A stretch of 64,000 bases of DNA from Eledone cirrhosa (Eukaryota), in the NCBI GenBank assembly GCA_964016885.1, contig OZ024741.1, forward strand, positions 240,064,001-240,128,000, read 5' to 3'. The notes below the pieces were generated by a model. It searched no databases. It saw only the letters and a list, made by a program, of their open reading frames with translations, and was not told the DNA's origin. The first letter of the stretch is position 1, and every line of letters begins with the position of its first letter. Made by a program: the position numbers and the translations under genes. Positions 23,445-37,532 of the stretch are shown piece by piece.

Positions 23445-25039
23445 ATTGTTGATGAGTTGGTACTGAGTTAAAGATGTCCAGATATGTTGCAACTGGTTAA
23501 AGTTTTTGAGGTGCCGAGTACTGAACATAAAAGAGAAGTATTAAATATACAATTATGAAACATTAGAATTATATGATTTTATTATTTTGCAACAGGACAT
23601 TAAAGCACAACAGTTGACTTAACTCGTCATCTGGTTTATAATTATAATCTGCTCCTAGGATACCTTTAGTAAAATTCACTTTGTCACATACATTTGGACC
23701 CTTCACACTATCATATTGCATAACTCTATTTTGACTTCACATCAAGAAAAGGGAGAGGAAGTATTTCGCTAATATTTTAAGGGGAAATGGCACCCTGGTA
23801 TTAGTCAGTTTGAGAATTGCTGGTTTAATGTTTAAGACAGCAGAACCTGAAATGCCATTACTGTGACAGCATATAGACTGTGTGGTATAATGGCATTAAA
23901 ACAATTATGACATGTAGAACCATTTTCAATTTTCATTTCTAAGAAAATAAAAGGTCATGATTAAAAAACTTAGAAAATGTTTCTTTGATATAAGAAAATA
24001 TCTTTCATTCTAAATACCATAAAATATTCCCAAAATGAAACTGAGTTTATACTCAGTTCTGATTTGAAACAATAACTAAATTATTTCTACATATCTACAT
24101 CAGACTAATGAAATGAGAACTGGTATAAGAAACATCTCTTATTTTGATATTCAAACTATTATTTGGATAAATACACATATTATGTGCTATCTAGCTAGCT
24201 TACCAAGAGAATGTGGAACTCTACCAGTTTAATCTCTAAGTTTATGTAACCCAAGCTATAGAAACATACAACAATGAATTCACAGATAAGTTGACCCCTG
24301 TGGCTCAGTCAAAAATGTATTTACAGTTCACACCTGTAACATTTCTATGATAATGGAAGTGATTATGTATGCTGGCTATTTTTACAAACTCCTCTCTCTT
24401 ACCATATTCACTCAATAATCAGCTATATGTTTTCTGAAGAGTCAGATCTATTGGAAACCCTCTCTTCTTTTTAACATATCAGGTCTCCTGTATTGACTTT
24501 AATATCAGTAAAATTTTCAAATCTGTTTGGTAAGAGAACCTATAAGAAATGTTGACTACCTATGAACTATACATTTCACCACCAGTGTACCAACAGAACA
24601 ATGAAAGATCAGCTATATGATTGCTGAACCTGCTAGAAATGTAGCCATACTTCCTTCACATTACATCCTACTGTCTTTAAAAAAAAACACAGTGGATTAT
24701 GTACAGTCCTGAATATATAAATAAAGACTGGATTCTTAAAGCTGGAATCTCTTTTATCATAGGTCTACTCAAACAGGGTTGTCTTCGCACTAAATAATAA
24801 CACATCTCCAGTAATCTGGATTCAAATATGTTGTGCACTTCAGGGTAGGCTGCACTACAACACTCTTTATACCAACCCATGTGTAACTCTGGATAGGCTA
24901 GTCTCTAACCCTAACATTATCAAATGTCATATACCTCAATGTAGGTTACTCGCTAATCTTCACACTATTAATAGAAAAACATTAGGGAAATCCCAGATAT
25001 CAAAAGCCTCAGATCTTGAAACAATCGCCAACATACACA

Positions 25040-25980
25040 GGAAACGGATGCATCTTCTGCTGGATGTATAATGTTAGTGTTCATGAATGATGGCATACAT
25101 GTCAGCTTAGAGATAAGTTGAGTATAAAATGAATCAGATATAGTGTGCAAAAAAGATGATTGTGTTGATACAGACAAGTGATGTATGAGGAGAGCAGGAG
25201 TTGTATAAACAAGTGCTGAATGCTTGAAGAAGATGGAATTTGTGGAAGAAGACCAAGAAAAATATGGGAGAAAGTTGTAAAAAATGACCCCAAAAAACTG
25301 AATCCCACAAAGAAGGTGATACAGGATTAGGGTGATTGGCAGCTTGTCATGCTAGAAAATACATGTCCATCAACACAAGTAATGCAACATTAAAGTTAAT
25401 GCACTGAGAGATTGGAGTCTGCATGGAGTGGATAGGTTCATTTTAGCCTCCAATGAACCTTTCTAGTATGGGTGTCACAATAAAATACTTTTAGTATTCT
25501 CTATAAAATGGTTGACAAAATAAGATAATGGAGAGTAGAGAGGAAATTTTGGTCATGTTAAAGTCTTGACAACCTCTCTAGTGTTGGTGTCATGATAAAA
25601 TGCACCCAGGACATTCTGTAAATAGGTTGGCTATCAACCAGAAAAATGATTCTTCAGTCTTGCCAAATATATGATAGCCTTTCTAGTAGTGGTGCCTAAA
25701 TAAATTACGGTCAGTACAATCTAGCCATGGAAACCATGCCAAAATATGTTTCTCTGACCCATCTAGTCAAGGACTGTAGCAACTTATCTGACCCATGCCA
25801 GAATGTAGCATGTAAATGGATGCAAAATGATGATGAGGAAACAGATTAAATTGTTAGTTTTTTCTAAACACTTTAGCTAATAGTTTTAATGTGGAAATAT
25901 GACATCATAGGATATTTATAAGGTAATAGTCCCACCCTTGCAAGCAGGGAAAAGCAGACATAAAATGATGATGATGATAA
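25040..25980 (+). mobile_element. Degraded LINE 3' portion and tails
   Basis: Homology to 6500-6945 (TGCTGGATGTATAATGTTAGTG, GRRPRKIWEKV); (GAT)n tails. Confidence 0.65.
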
Positions 25981-27725
25981 ATCATTTTTCAGAGTATTGA
26001 CTTCATCTTTGTCAAAGTGGTAATTTGTAATATTTATATCTACACAGCATTTTGATTTTTTTAGTCTATGAATTGTTAAATGTCTGGTTACCTGAATGTG
26101 TACATACTAAACATAGTAAAATGTACATAGATTAGAAACTAGGGTTTCTAATCTTTTGTACAAAAAATCACATTATACTTATCATTAATTCTATATTACT
26201 CAATCTTATAACTCTCTATTATTGTCTGTAAAATGACAATAAACTTTAATTAGCTGTAACATCCCCATTTCAATGTTTTTCCCTCTTCCAAGTGATGTTA
26301 CTATGGCATATTTAAAGATGTAATATTGTAATATTGAAATATTTTCACCATTTGAATAATCACTCCAAGACCACATAGCTTCATTCATAATCAAAGAGAA
26401 CACTAACAATGTTGCTAATTTCTCAAGCTGTCTCCATTCTTGTCTGTTTAGTTGGAAGTAGTCTTTCCTTGTTCCATTCATATTTCTTAATATTTTATAT
26501 AGATTAATTAAAATGTTATTAATATTTACAAAATATAATATACTTCTACTAACATTCTATAAGGAATTGGCATAGCATATTTAAATGGTAAATTTATAAA
26601 TATTTGAAGCTATTTGAAATATTAGAGCTTACAAAGTTATCTCTGAGAAGTAGGATTGTCAATTAATGAAGTGAGAATCTCAAAATATAAGAACAGGATA
26701 ATAAAATACACAGGTTGATTAAAATGAAGATTGAAAAGTTTGTGAAGAAAAATAGACTCAAAGATAGTTTAAGTGGAGATTCGGAGCAGCCAGAAAAATG
26801 TTAATGACTGCAGATAATTTATAGTTGCAGATTATGCAATTTATATATAAAATTCCATCTTTAAATCTAATTTTCATATTAAATACAACTCAACTTAAAT
26901 CCCTGTAAAAAGAAAACCTTAAAAAATGTTATCAAATTAGAGAAATGATACTTCGTAACAAAATTCATATTATTGTGTGAAATACTGTAGTAAATTTAGA
27001 CTAAAATTATAGAAATAAATAATGAAAGGAAGAAGAGTAGGAAGATAGGTTGCTTAAAAAAATATACTTTATTCTGATTTACTCACAAATGTGATTTATA
27101 AACATGCAAAATATATATGATGTTGCCTACATTTTGCCAAATCCAAATGGAGCTGGTCCTTCGCATTTTATTGTCTCCTACAACATGCCACCATGTTTCT
27201 ATTCACGTCCTAGCAGCTGTGAAACCTATGTCTACCATTAACCCTAACCCAACTCTCTAATAGACAATTACTTCATTACTGGCAAAAATCTACGCAGTCT
27301 TACTATATTTTAACATATTGTAACATATTCATTTAATCTTCTACCAAACACATTAATATATCTTTCATATATCATCTATTATATAGACACATTACATTTT
27401 ACTTGGCACAAAAATAGACACACTACAAAACTGCATTAAATCAACTGTTCTCTATTGTTACAGATCAATATGTGTAACAAATATTAGACATACATAATAT
27501 TGTTTCTGTGGAATACAATCTCAATATAAAACATTTTAACTAACATGATGCAATTAATTGTCATATAAAACAATATGGACAACAATATTGAAAAATATGT
27601 CTGAATTATTGTTTAATCTCTTTGTTCTCATGTTAATATTAAATATGTTACAACAATATCTTACAGATTTACTGAGATTTAGTATATAAAATGAGATTAT
27701 AAAATGAGATTAAATAGAAACTTAC

Positions 27726-28165
27726 CTCTTTAATAATTATATCATTGGTTTTCCAGTGAGAACAGAAAGATGTATTGTTGTAGAAAGCTCCATTGTAAGT
27801 GCTGCTGTAATGGTGTGTGACAATGGCTGTATGTTGATGGAGTAGTGTAGCACGTCAGGCAGATAGTCTGCTGCTAGGATAGGGTTGTGTGTGTTATTGA
27901 AGTTGTATGTTCGTGGCAGTACATCTTTCTAATAATATTGTGTATGTGTTTATCCTTAATTATGATGTTTGTTTACTGTTATCAATAACTATTTACATAT
28001 TTATCTAGATATATATTTAAATAGCTATAATATTCTCTCGTTAAACATAACATGTTTGGTTAAATAACATCAGTAATAAGAATGTTTCTCTTTGTTAGTG
28101 ATTTCTATCTATGTTTTAGTGAGAATCTGATTGGTTGAATGACCTAAACAGAAGACCAATGACAA
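27726..28165 (-). promoter_or_regulatory. U3 promoter and non-coding exon 1 block
   Basis: Copy of the conserved block. Confidence 0.75.
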
Positions 28166-28635
28166 TGTTCTCTTTAATATTGATTTCAGTTGCTGAAGCA
28201 GACGCCCCTTATTTACAGGGAAAAGCAAAAGTGATTGTATGACAATAATGCCTTTCCCAAATCTATTAATAACATTAATAACTTACAATATTACAATCCA
28301 ATTTTTGATAATATTATTTCTAAAGTATAAAGAATTTTTTCTCATTAATATCAAATAATCTTTTGGTATATTCTGCACACCTTAAATCGGATTACACAGA
28401 ACCTTTATAGACCATTGTAAAACATTTAAGATGTAGCCACTTATTAAACTCTATAACAGATAGGAAACCTTGTCACAGAGTAATAATTTATTTACTGTAA
28501 TATTTATAAAACTATGTTCAGTCAGAGTATAGTTAATTTTGAATGTGTATGTGGGTGTGTGATCATATGTGTAATGTACAGTCTCTATTTTATAAATATA
28601 TGTAAAACATTAGTGATCTCACTGTAGTAATATAA

Positions 28636-28712
28636 TTAAACATGTTTCACTGGTGTTTCTTCACTGGAATCTTTTGATGTAGATGTATCGTTGTTTTTAT
28701 ATATGTTTTGAT
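28636..28712 (-). CDS. Pcdh: Protocadherin U4, terminal exon C
   Basis: Acceptor TTTCAG|AT; ends PVKHV*. Confidence 0.85.
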
Positions 28713-28942
28713 CTGAAATTCAGATACAAAATATAGGATTTACAAAATTTTAGAGTTGTCCATACTATTATTTCATTAGTGAGGCATATAATGAGACAAA
28801 ACATGTTTTCCAGAGTTTGTTATCAGAAAGGTTTCTCTAAGTCAATTCATTTTAATCAACTGACTATTATGCATTTCTTTAAAGTGATTGTAAATAAATG
28901 TCTACATTTAAGATGATGCCAAAATAAAATAATATTGTCAAC

Positions 28943-28988
28943 GTAGTTATTAACCTGATATTCCAGGTATTTCTTCATAATGTTTCAT
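28943..28988 (-). pseudogene. Orphan duplicate of the exon B 3' end (MKHYEEIPGISG plus donor)
   Basis: Matches the exon B end of the U3 type; no homologous acceptor. Confidence 0.8.
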
Positions 28989-29256
28989 TCATTATTTAGA
29001 GTAAAAAATGACACGTTTAGAACATTTTGTTATTTAATTCTGTTATTCAATTAGTCAAATATATTAAAAAACAAAAATAAAGTACACAGTAAGAAATATG
29101 CACTCCAACATTTGTTATCATCATAGATTCTCTAAGTAACAGATGGGCAAACAAGAAAATTTATCATTAGCTACCGACATTTATGTTTCTTAATAGCTGT
29201 TAATAAATATCTACTTGAGATAAAATCAAATTAATATAACCAAAGTAGTTATTAAC

Positions 29257-29422
29257 CTGATATTCCTGGTAATTCTTCATAATGTTTCATATCACCTTCA
29301 TTCAATACACGTCTACTACTTCTCTTAGATGACATTGTATCTGATGTATAGTTACAAACTATAGGAGGATTATCTTCCACAGCATCATCACTGGATGTCA
29401 CCACAACAGGTTGACAGTATTT
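29257..29422 (-). CDS. Pcdh: Protocadherin U4, coding exon B
   Basis: Same splice sites and frame as U1. Confidence 0.85.
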
Positions 29423-29528
29423 CTGTTGACAAACAAACCAAGAGAAATGTGAGGAGACATCAAACAATGCTAGTTACAATAAACATGTAATTTACAATTT
29501 AATATTGGACTATATTATTGAAGATAAA

Positions 29529-29712
29529 GGCGGTGGATTGGCAGTATCGGTAGAGGGTCGGACGCCATGCTTTCCAGCATAGTTAAGTCCCTTTACGATC
29601 TGAGTTCAAATCCCGCCGAGGTTGACTTTGCCTTTCATCCTTGCGGGGTCGATAAAATAAAGTACCAGTAATGTACTGGGTAATTGCTGGCCTTGTGCCA
29701 AAGGTAGAAACA
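29529..29712 (+). mobile_element. Full-length SINE (family A) in U4 intron 2
   Basis: 15-bp TSD ATTATTGAAGATAAA (29514-29528 and 29713-29727); empty site in the other units. Confidence 0.92.
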
Positions 29713-29804
29713 ATTATTGAAGATAAAACATTGTTAAAATAATCTTATTGTTTATCTTTTACATATAAAGTAAAGATATAAAATATTTTAATCTTTTCAC
29801 TTAC

Positions 29805-32177
29805 TGGGGTAGGTTTTGGTAAAGTTCTTGCCTGAACTGAAGCTTCATATTTATTCTGTAGCTGACCTTCTGAATAACATTCACTCTTTGATCTCTCAGA
29901 ATATATATTTCTTTTTATCATCTCTTCTGTATTCCTTGACATAGCAACAGGATTGTTAGACTGATACAACAATTGTTTCATCTCTGTTCTACCTTGGTAT
30001 GCTGTAGTCTTTGTTGTAGTAGCTGTGTTATCTCTGTGTTTAATACATTTCATTATACACAGTGTTATAGAAACAACAATAGCCACTGATACTATTACTG
30101 CTGATGATACAATGATAATAACCCATGTCATATGGACTCTACCTGAAGATTGTATAGGTACACTTTTCAACATTGGTGATGTCTCATTACTAACAGCCAA
30201 TACCAAAGTCACACTAGTTGTTGATGACTGAACTGGACTACCACTGTCTTTTACAACAAACTTTAGTTCATAACTTCCAGCATCATTTAGATAAACTTGT
30301 CTGGAGAATGATAAAGCACCACTGTGTGAGTTCATAGTAAACAACTGTTTATTATTTCCTTGTATGATTCCATATGTGAGGAAAGCATTGTTTCCACTGT
30401 CACCATCAGATGCTCTGAAAACTGTGATGTCACTTTTACTCTGGGGATGGTAGTGAACATTTAGGATGTAAGGGTTAACACTAGGAAAGGTGAAATATGG
30501 AACATTGTCATTTTGATCTAAAATCTCAACAACAACATTAGCTGTGTCATTTAGAGATGGACTTCCATTATCTTTGACAAAAACTTCAAATTTATACACA
30601 TCTTGTTTCTCTCTGTCTAATGACATGGTGGCTGAAATAAAGCCATAACCGGTGATCAGAAATGGTAGATTTGATTTTTCTTTATGTATCAGAGAATATG
30701 TGAGTTGTCCAGCAGATCCAAGGTCAGGGTCAGTGGCATTGACAAAACCAATAGGGAAGTCTTTATCTTTGTTTTCATAGGTCAGGAATTGGAATGTATC
30801 TTTGGTAAACTGTGGTTGTACATCATTGATATCAGTCACTTGGATAGAGAGAGTTTTAACACTTTTAAGAGGAGGTAATCCTTTATCTTGACATGAGACA
30901 GGAATGTTATAGTGTCCTTGTGTTTCTCTGTCTACTGGTTTGTTTAGAACTATTTTATATTCTTTAGATCCCATTGACTGTAGTTTGAATGTATCATGTT
31001 TGATATCACAGCTGACCTCTCCATTTTGTCCAACATCATTGTCAGTGACCATCACATAAGCAATGAAACTACCAACTTTGATCTTCTCAGAAATGGTAGC
31101 TGTGTTTTCATTGATAGAAGAAACATAATCTATATCAATAGACGGAGGGTTGTTGTGTTGGTTGATAACATTTAGCAGAACTGTTGCAATGGAACTGAGT
31201 GGAGGCTTACCTCCATCTCTGGCTTCTATAAATAATTCAAAAGATGTTTTCTCATTTAAACTAGAAATTCTGGACAAAAATATTTTGCCATCTTTTTTAT
31301 TTAATTCAAAATATTTCTTTGCTTGATCAGAAGTTTTGGGGCTGAAATGGAAAGTAATTTTACTGTTGGATCCTAAATCTTTGTCTGTCACTGACAAATT
31401 AAGAATAGGTTTGGTTTTGTCATGTGTAGTTCTAATGGAAATATTATAAAGTGGTTTTGAAAATACAGGTGGATTATCATTCTCATCTTCCACAATAATC
31501 AGAACATTTAACACACATTGTTTAGATGGGGAACCTCCATCTTTAGCGATAACTTCCACATTGTATTTCTCTTTTATCTCTCTATCTAATTTATCTTTTA
31601 AAACAATCTTTAATGAGGAAATACCATCAGCTCTTTTAGAAACTGACAAAGAAAATAAGTCATTAGATTTTTTAAGTTTATATTCAATAAAAGAATTTTG
31701 GTAACTAATGTCATTGTCTATGGCATTTGGGATTGACTTTTTCATACCTTCCCGATCTCCTTCCCCAAATTGTAAAGTGATTTGTCTTTCTGGAAACTCT
31801 GGTTCATGGTCGTTAATGTCTTCTATTACTATTTTGACTTTTATAATTTTTGTGAACGTTTCTACTTTCTTCATTATAATTTTCACAGTTCTAGAACATT
31901 CTTTGTTGAATGTACAGAGTTTCTCTGCATCCAGTGTCTGAGCAGTGTACAGTTTACCTGTTTTGGTGATATTAAATAACTGTGCCACCTTTCGTTTAAA
32001 TTGACTGAATGTTATCAATTGTTGGTCAGATGGTTTAACACTGTCTAAAAGTTTAGAATCAGCAGCAATGTCTGCTACATATGTTCCTGGACTTCTCTCT
32101 TCTTCCACATGGTAGGTAAGGTCAATGGTCAGAACACAGTGGACCATTGATAATACAATAGATAATGACAGTAACAT
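29805..32177 (-). CDS. Pcdh: Protocadherin U4, large coding exon
   Basis: Six EC repeats and TM; donor CCA|GTAAGT; acceptor TTTTAG|A at 32238/32237. Confidence 0.95.
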
Positions 32178-32480
32178 ATTGGTGTTGTTGATGTGTTGGT
32201 ACCAGTTAAAGATGGCCAGATATCTTGAGGATTGAATCTAAAACAGATATACATTTTATCAGTTATCAATTTCTGATTTGAAAATAGATAAATATATTTG
32301 AATAATTTTCTTAAAAGTTAATTTAGAAATAAGCTATCTTTACTTTTTATGAAGCAGAAGGATATATTTGTTTTAAGAAGACCTAAGAAGTTAGGGGATG
32401 AAACGAGAATGTTGTTCTTAGAACATTGAATCTTATGAAGGAGATGAAAAGGAACACATAGCAAGCCACCGCTAAATATA

Positions 32481-32500
32481 CCCCCCCCCCCCCCCCCCCC
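32481..32500. repeat. Poly-C run (20 nt)
   Basis: Seen directly. Confidence 0.9.
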
Positions 32501-32974
32501 ATCCTTAAGCAAATATTGAAAAACATGCAAAAGGAGAGAGTAGCTAAAGAACCAAGGAAAAAGCAGCTATTTTTAATCAAATATGATTTACAAAATCATG
32601 AATGGTACATAATCATTTAAATTACAAAAATTTGGTCCTTGATCTCAAATCTGAAATTTCTCAAACAGCATACCAAGAGAGACGAATACCTTCACCTACC
32701 CCTTTTAATACATAGTACACACAACAAAATACACTCTATATATATTAAACCTGAAAAGCTATGATGTCAATTCATAGTAAACCGACATACCATATAGTCT
32801 GTGCTATCACTAGATAAGTGTTTCTTTTGCTCAAAACTCCAAAAATGTATGTTTGAATAGACACTGACAATAGACAAAGTTCAAATTTGCTTACATAAAC
32901 ATCTGTAACGATGCACTCAAAACATAGAGACATGATAATGTAAGACTATCAGATTGATAAAATAAAATAACATA

Positions 32975-34260
32975 CATCGTCCTCATTATCTTCATAATTT
33001 TATGTTTGTTTTCCATGCTTGCATAAGTTGTAAGGTCGTCATTGTCTGTGACAAGATTGCTCATATAACCACATCTGGCTCATATGTTTAATATTTTAGA
33101 ATGCACTAGATGTATTTTATAGTGGCACCAACACTAGAGAAATTGCCACATGCTTAGGTTTTTGATGAGTCTTCTCTACCCTATATTGTCTCCATTTCAT
33201 CACTAACCGCCTTACAAAGTATACTGGGTATATTTTATTATGGGTTCAGGACTAGAGCTATTGTCAAGACCTTGACAAGACCAAAGAGCTTTCTCTATCC
33301 TACATTGTCTTGATTCCTTTGTCAGCTACTTTACAGGGGAAAGCATGTGAATTCCATAATGCTAGCTACACTAGTGAAATTAACCCACCCACTACTGGCT
33401 AGAAAAGACTTCACCACTCCATGCAGTCTCATCTATCACTATATTTAACTTTAGCCTTGTCAAGCTTATCCAGGAAGGCAAGTCTTTTCTAGTATAGTTA
33501 ATCACCAATCATCACAATTCTCTGTCATCTTCACGAGTTTCAGTTTCTTGAGGTTATTCTTTGCGCCTTCAACCTGTGTGTCCTGGGTCTCTCTCTTTTA
33601 TGTTTTTTATTTACTTCAAGCATCAGCATTTCTTTATATAATTATCACACTCCTTACACATCACATGTCCATACCAGTGCAATTGTCTCTCTTGCAGATT
33701 ATATCTGATTCCTATTATACTCAGGTTTTTCTCTCAGGTCACTTGTGCTCGGTTGTTCATGCACACTAAAATTACACATCCAGCAGAGTATATATACTTC
33801 ATTCCTTTACAGTCATTGCAAATTTGCTGCATTTAAAAAAATGTCTCACTACCATGTAACATAGCACTTCCAACACAAGCATTGTATAACCTGCCCTTCA
33901 CACTAAGAGATCAGCCCATTGTTATTAGCAGAGGTAACAGCTTCCTAAATTTATTCCATCCCATTCTCACTCTGGCTAAAACACTTTCAGTTTATCCAGC
34001 TTCAGTGCTAATGAAGTCACCTAGATAGAAAAGTTATGTTCTACTTCTAGTGAACATTTTGAATATTTGAAGGAGTTCACTTCATGAGTACTCTTAATGT
34101 TGACTATTCCTGTGCACCTGTCAAATATGAAGTTTACCTTCTCTGTCAGCATACCTATGATCACATTACATCTCTTATGTTCCCACTATACACAATGGGC
34201 ACACCATATGGAGTTTCTATTTACTCTTTTTCTGCATACTTCTTCCTAAAACTTTACTCT
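32975..34260 (-). mobile_element. Degraded LINE, same family as 14441-15753
   Basis: Minus translation SLSVKGRLYNACVGSAMLHGSET; degenerate (GAT)n tail; boundaries approximate. Confidence 0.75.
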
Positions 34261-35775
34261 TTATTAGGTTTACTTTGAGGCCCAACCTCCCCCAAACCCA
34301 AAGAGTGCTCTTCAGTAGAGTCACAGACAATCCAGAAGTAAATTGTAGAGCCTAACCTAGTTTAATATAGTTTTAAATGTTTACTATGACAATGTTATAT
34401 GAATATGAGTCATCATGATCATCACTAGCTACTCAAGGGGCATCAATGAGAAGACACATGGACAAACACACTTGCATATATACATACATACATAGATACA
34501 TGATGGGTTTAAACTGTTTCCATCTATCAATTTCATTCACAAGATGTTGGTTAGACCAAGGTTATAGTAGAAGATACCACATGGTGGAATTAAAACCAAA
34601 ACCATGTGATTGCAAAGCAAACTTTTTAACAACACATCTATGCCTGTGGGTTTATATCACGATTTCTGAGAAGTAAGACTATCAATAAATGATGAGAGAA
34701 TTTCATATTAGAAGAATAGCAAAAGAGTAACATAGGTTTTATGTTTGTTATTATTAGAAATTGAACATTTTATGAGAAACAAAAACTAAAAGATAACGTA
34801 AAGATTCAGGGCAGACATTAAATTTCAATGATTAGAGATTATTAAGAGTAGCAGTGTATATAATTTATACAATAAACATACATATAGATACAGAATATTG
34901 GGAAAGCTACTTTACTATGGTGATGATGATGACTATGATGAATGGTTTTCAATTTAAACTGTTACCCTGATTAATATGTTAAATACACATCAACTTAAAT
35001 TTCTGTAAAATGTTTGTTTTAATGTGATAAAAATTATTCAACTAAATAAAGCAAAATATAATGTAAGTTATATTCAAGAATTTAGACTGAATTTATACAA
35101 ATAAATTATGAAAGCAGAAGTATAAAAAAGATATGTTTAAAAAGATATTACATTATACAATAACTTTGAAATAGTCTTTAGAAGCAAATATACATGCAAT
35201 GTAAATTGTATTATTTATATTTTATCAACTTCAAAAAGAGCTGTCACAATATACAGTCTGTTAGCCCATACCACCATTACCATTCACATACTGACAGCTG
35301 TGAATCTTAACATGTCTGCCATTATCCTAAGCCCAAATCTCTAACACACCATTACCTCATCACTGCTAAAATAAACTACATATCATGACTAAATTAGAGA
35401 ATATTTATTCATTCTTTCATACCAAACATCTTAATATATGTTTCATATAACATCGACAATATAAACCTATTATATTTTACTTACAATAAACACACACTAG
35501 AGCACTACATTATATAGACTGTTCTCTATTGTCATAGATCAATATATATAACAAATATTATATACATACATACATAATGTTGTTTCTATGGAATAAAGTC
35601 TAAATATTGAACATTTTAACCAACATCAGCCAAATGCGATTTAAAGAAATACGGACAACATTACAGATATGGCTTCACTTTCTTCTTTCAAGATCTTAAT
35701 ATTAAATATGTTAAAACAATTTCTTACAGATTTACTGAGATTTAGTATATAAAATGAGATTAAATAGAAACTTAC

Positions 35776-36205
35776 CTCTTTAATAATTATATCCTTGGTT
35801 AGTCAGTGAGAATAGAAAGATGTATTGTAGTAGAAAGCTCCATTGTAAGTGCTGCTGTAACGTGTGTGACAATGGCTGTATGTTGATGGAGTAGTGTAGC
35901 ACGTCAGGCAGATAGTCTGCTGCTAGGATAGGGTTGTGTGTGTTATTGGAGTTGTATGATTGTGACAGTACATTTCTCTAATAATATTGTGTATGTATTT
36001 ATCCTTAATTATGATGTTTGTTTACTGTTATCAATAACTATTTACATATATTTAAATAGCTACAATATTCTATAGTTAAACATAACATAAATGTTTGGTT
36101 TAATAACATCAGTAATGTCAATGTTTCTCTTTGTTAGTGATTTCTGTCTATATTTTAGTGAGAATCTGATTGGTTGAATGACCTAAACAGAAGACCAATG
36201 GCAGA
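35776..36205 (-). promoter_or_regulatory. U4 promoter and non-coding exon 1 block
   Basis: Copy of the conserved block. Confidence 0.75.
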
Positions 36206-36764
36206 TGTTCCCTTTAATATTGATTAGTTAGGGTGACACAGACGTCTGATATTTATAGGGAACAGTGAAAGGGATTCTGTGACACTCATGCCGTTTCCAA
36301 ATCTATAAATAACTGCAATAAGTTACACTATCTACTTTTGAAAAAAATCCCTCCTAAAATGTAAAGAAATTTCTCATTTATCTAATAATATTCCTTATGT
36401 ATTTTTACAAACACCTTCATGAGAATTACATAAATCTTTCAAAGAATATAGTAAAGCATATAAAATGTGTGTTATAGTAAGCTATGTTCTATGTATGGTA
36501 ATATATAACCCGTGCTAGCAAGGAAAGCAGATGTTAAAAATGACAATGATGATGATGATGATAACTATTTTTGAAGACCTAGTTAATTTTAGGAAACATT
36601 TTTCAATTAGAAACCCTCCACTGTTTGATAATGTACACTGTGGCAACTTCTATTTAATATACAATGGGTATTTAATATAAAATTGGTGTATGTGTTCATT
36701 TGTGTATTCTAGAGACTATATTTTATTTTTGCATTGAGAAATTTATGTCACTTCAATAGTATAA

Positions 36765-36841
36765 TTAGACATGTTTCACTGGTGTTTCTTCACTGGAATC
36801 TTTTGATGATGATGTATTGTTGTTTTTATATATATTTTGAT
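36765..36841 (-). CDS. Pcdh: Protocadherin U5, terminal exon C (DQNIYKNNNTSSSKDSSEETPVKHV*)
   Basis: Acceptor TTGCAG|AT; conserved frame and stop. Confidence 0.85.
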
Positions 36842-36906
36842 CTGCAATTTAGGAAAAAATTACATTTTACAAAATTAAAGCAGGGAACATTTCCTTTTTA
36901 AATAAT

Positions 36907-36990
36907 TGTTTCTACTTTTGGCACAAGGCCAGCAATTACCCAGTACACTACTGGTACTTTATTTTATCGACCCCGTAAGGATGAAAGGCA
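36907..36990 (-). mobile_element. 5'-truncated SINE (family A)
   Basis: 18-bp TSD ATTTCCTTTTTAAATAAT on both sides. Confidence 0.9.
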
Positions 36991-37183
36991 ATTTCCTTTT
37001 TAAATAATATTCAAAGAAAGTAAAGGCATAATGATCAGATACTCAAAGTATTAGATGGGAAAATGTAAAAATTCATTTCTATACACAGACAGTATTATAT
37101 AGTTAAATATCGTGAGAGTATTATATAGTGAAATATAAGTGGAGATGTTATTAAAGACAAATATAGCCAATGTAATTATTAAC

Positions 37184-37349
37184 CTGATATTCCTGGTATT
37201 TCTTCATAATGTTTCATATCACCTTCATTCAATACACGTCTACTACTTCTCTTAGATGACATTGTATCTGATGTATAGTTACAAACTATAGGAGGATTAT
37301 CTTCCACAGCATCATCACTTGATGTCACCACAACAGGTTGACAATATTT
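37184..37349 (-). CDS. Pcdh: Protocadherin U5, coding exon B
   Basis: Same splice sites and frame as U1. Confidence 0.85.
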
Positions 37350-37532
37350 CTGTTGACAAACAAACCAAGAGAAATGTGAGGAGACATCAAACAATCCTAG
37401 TTACAATAAACATGTAGTTTACAATTTAATATTGGACTATATTATTGAAGATAAAACATTGTTAAAATAATCTTATAGTTTATCTTTTACATATAAAGTG
37501 AAGAAAGAAAATATTTTAATCTTTTCACTTAC

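Noticed and set aside
23445-23528. 28-aa N-terminal extension of U3
   Set aside because: The ATG comes from a mutated splice acceptor and would lie in the intron if the next AG is used
27238-27252. Telomere-like TAACCCTAACCC
   Set aside because: Only two units; a variant of the homologous intronic CCCTAACC seen in other paralogues
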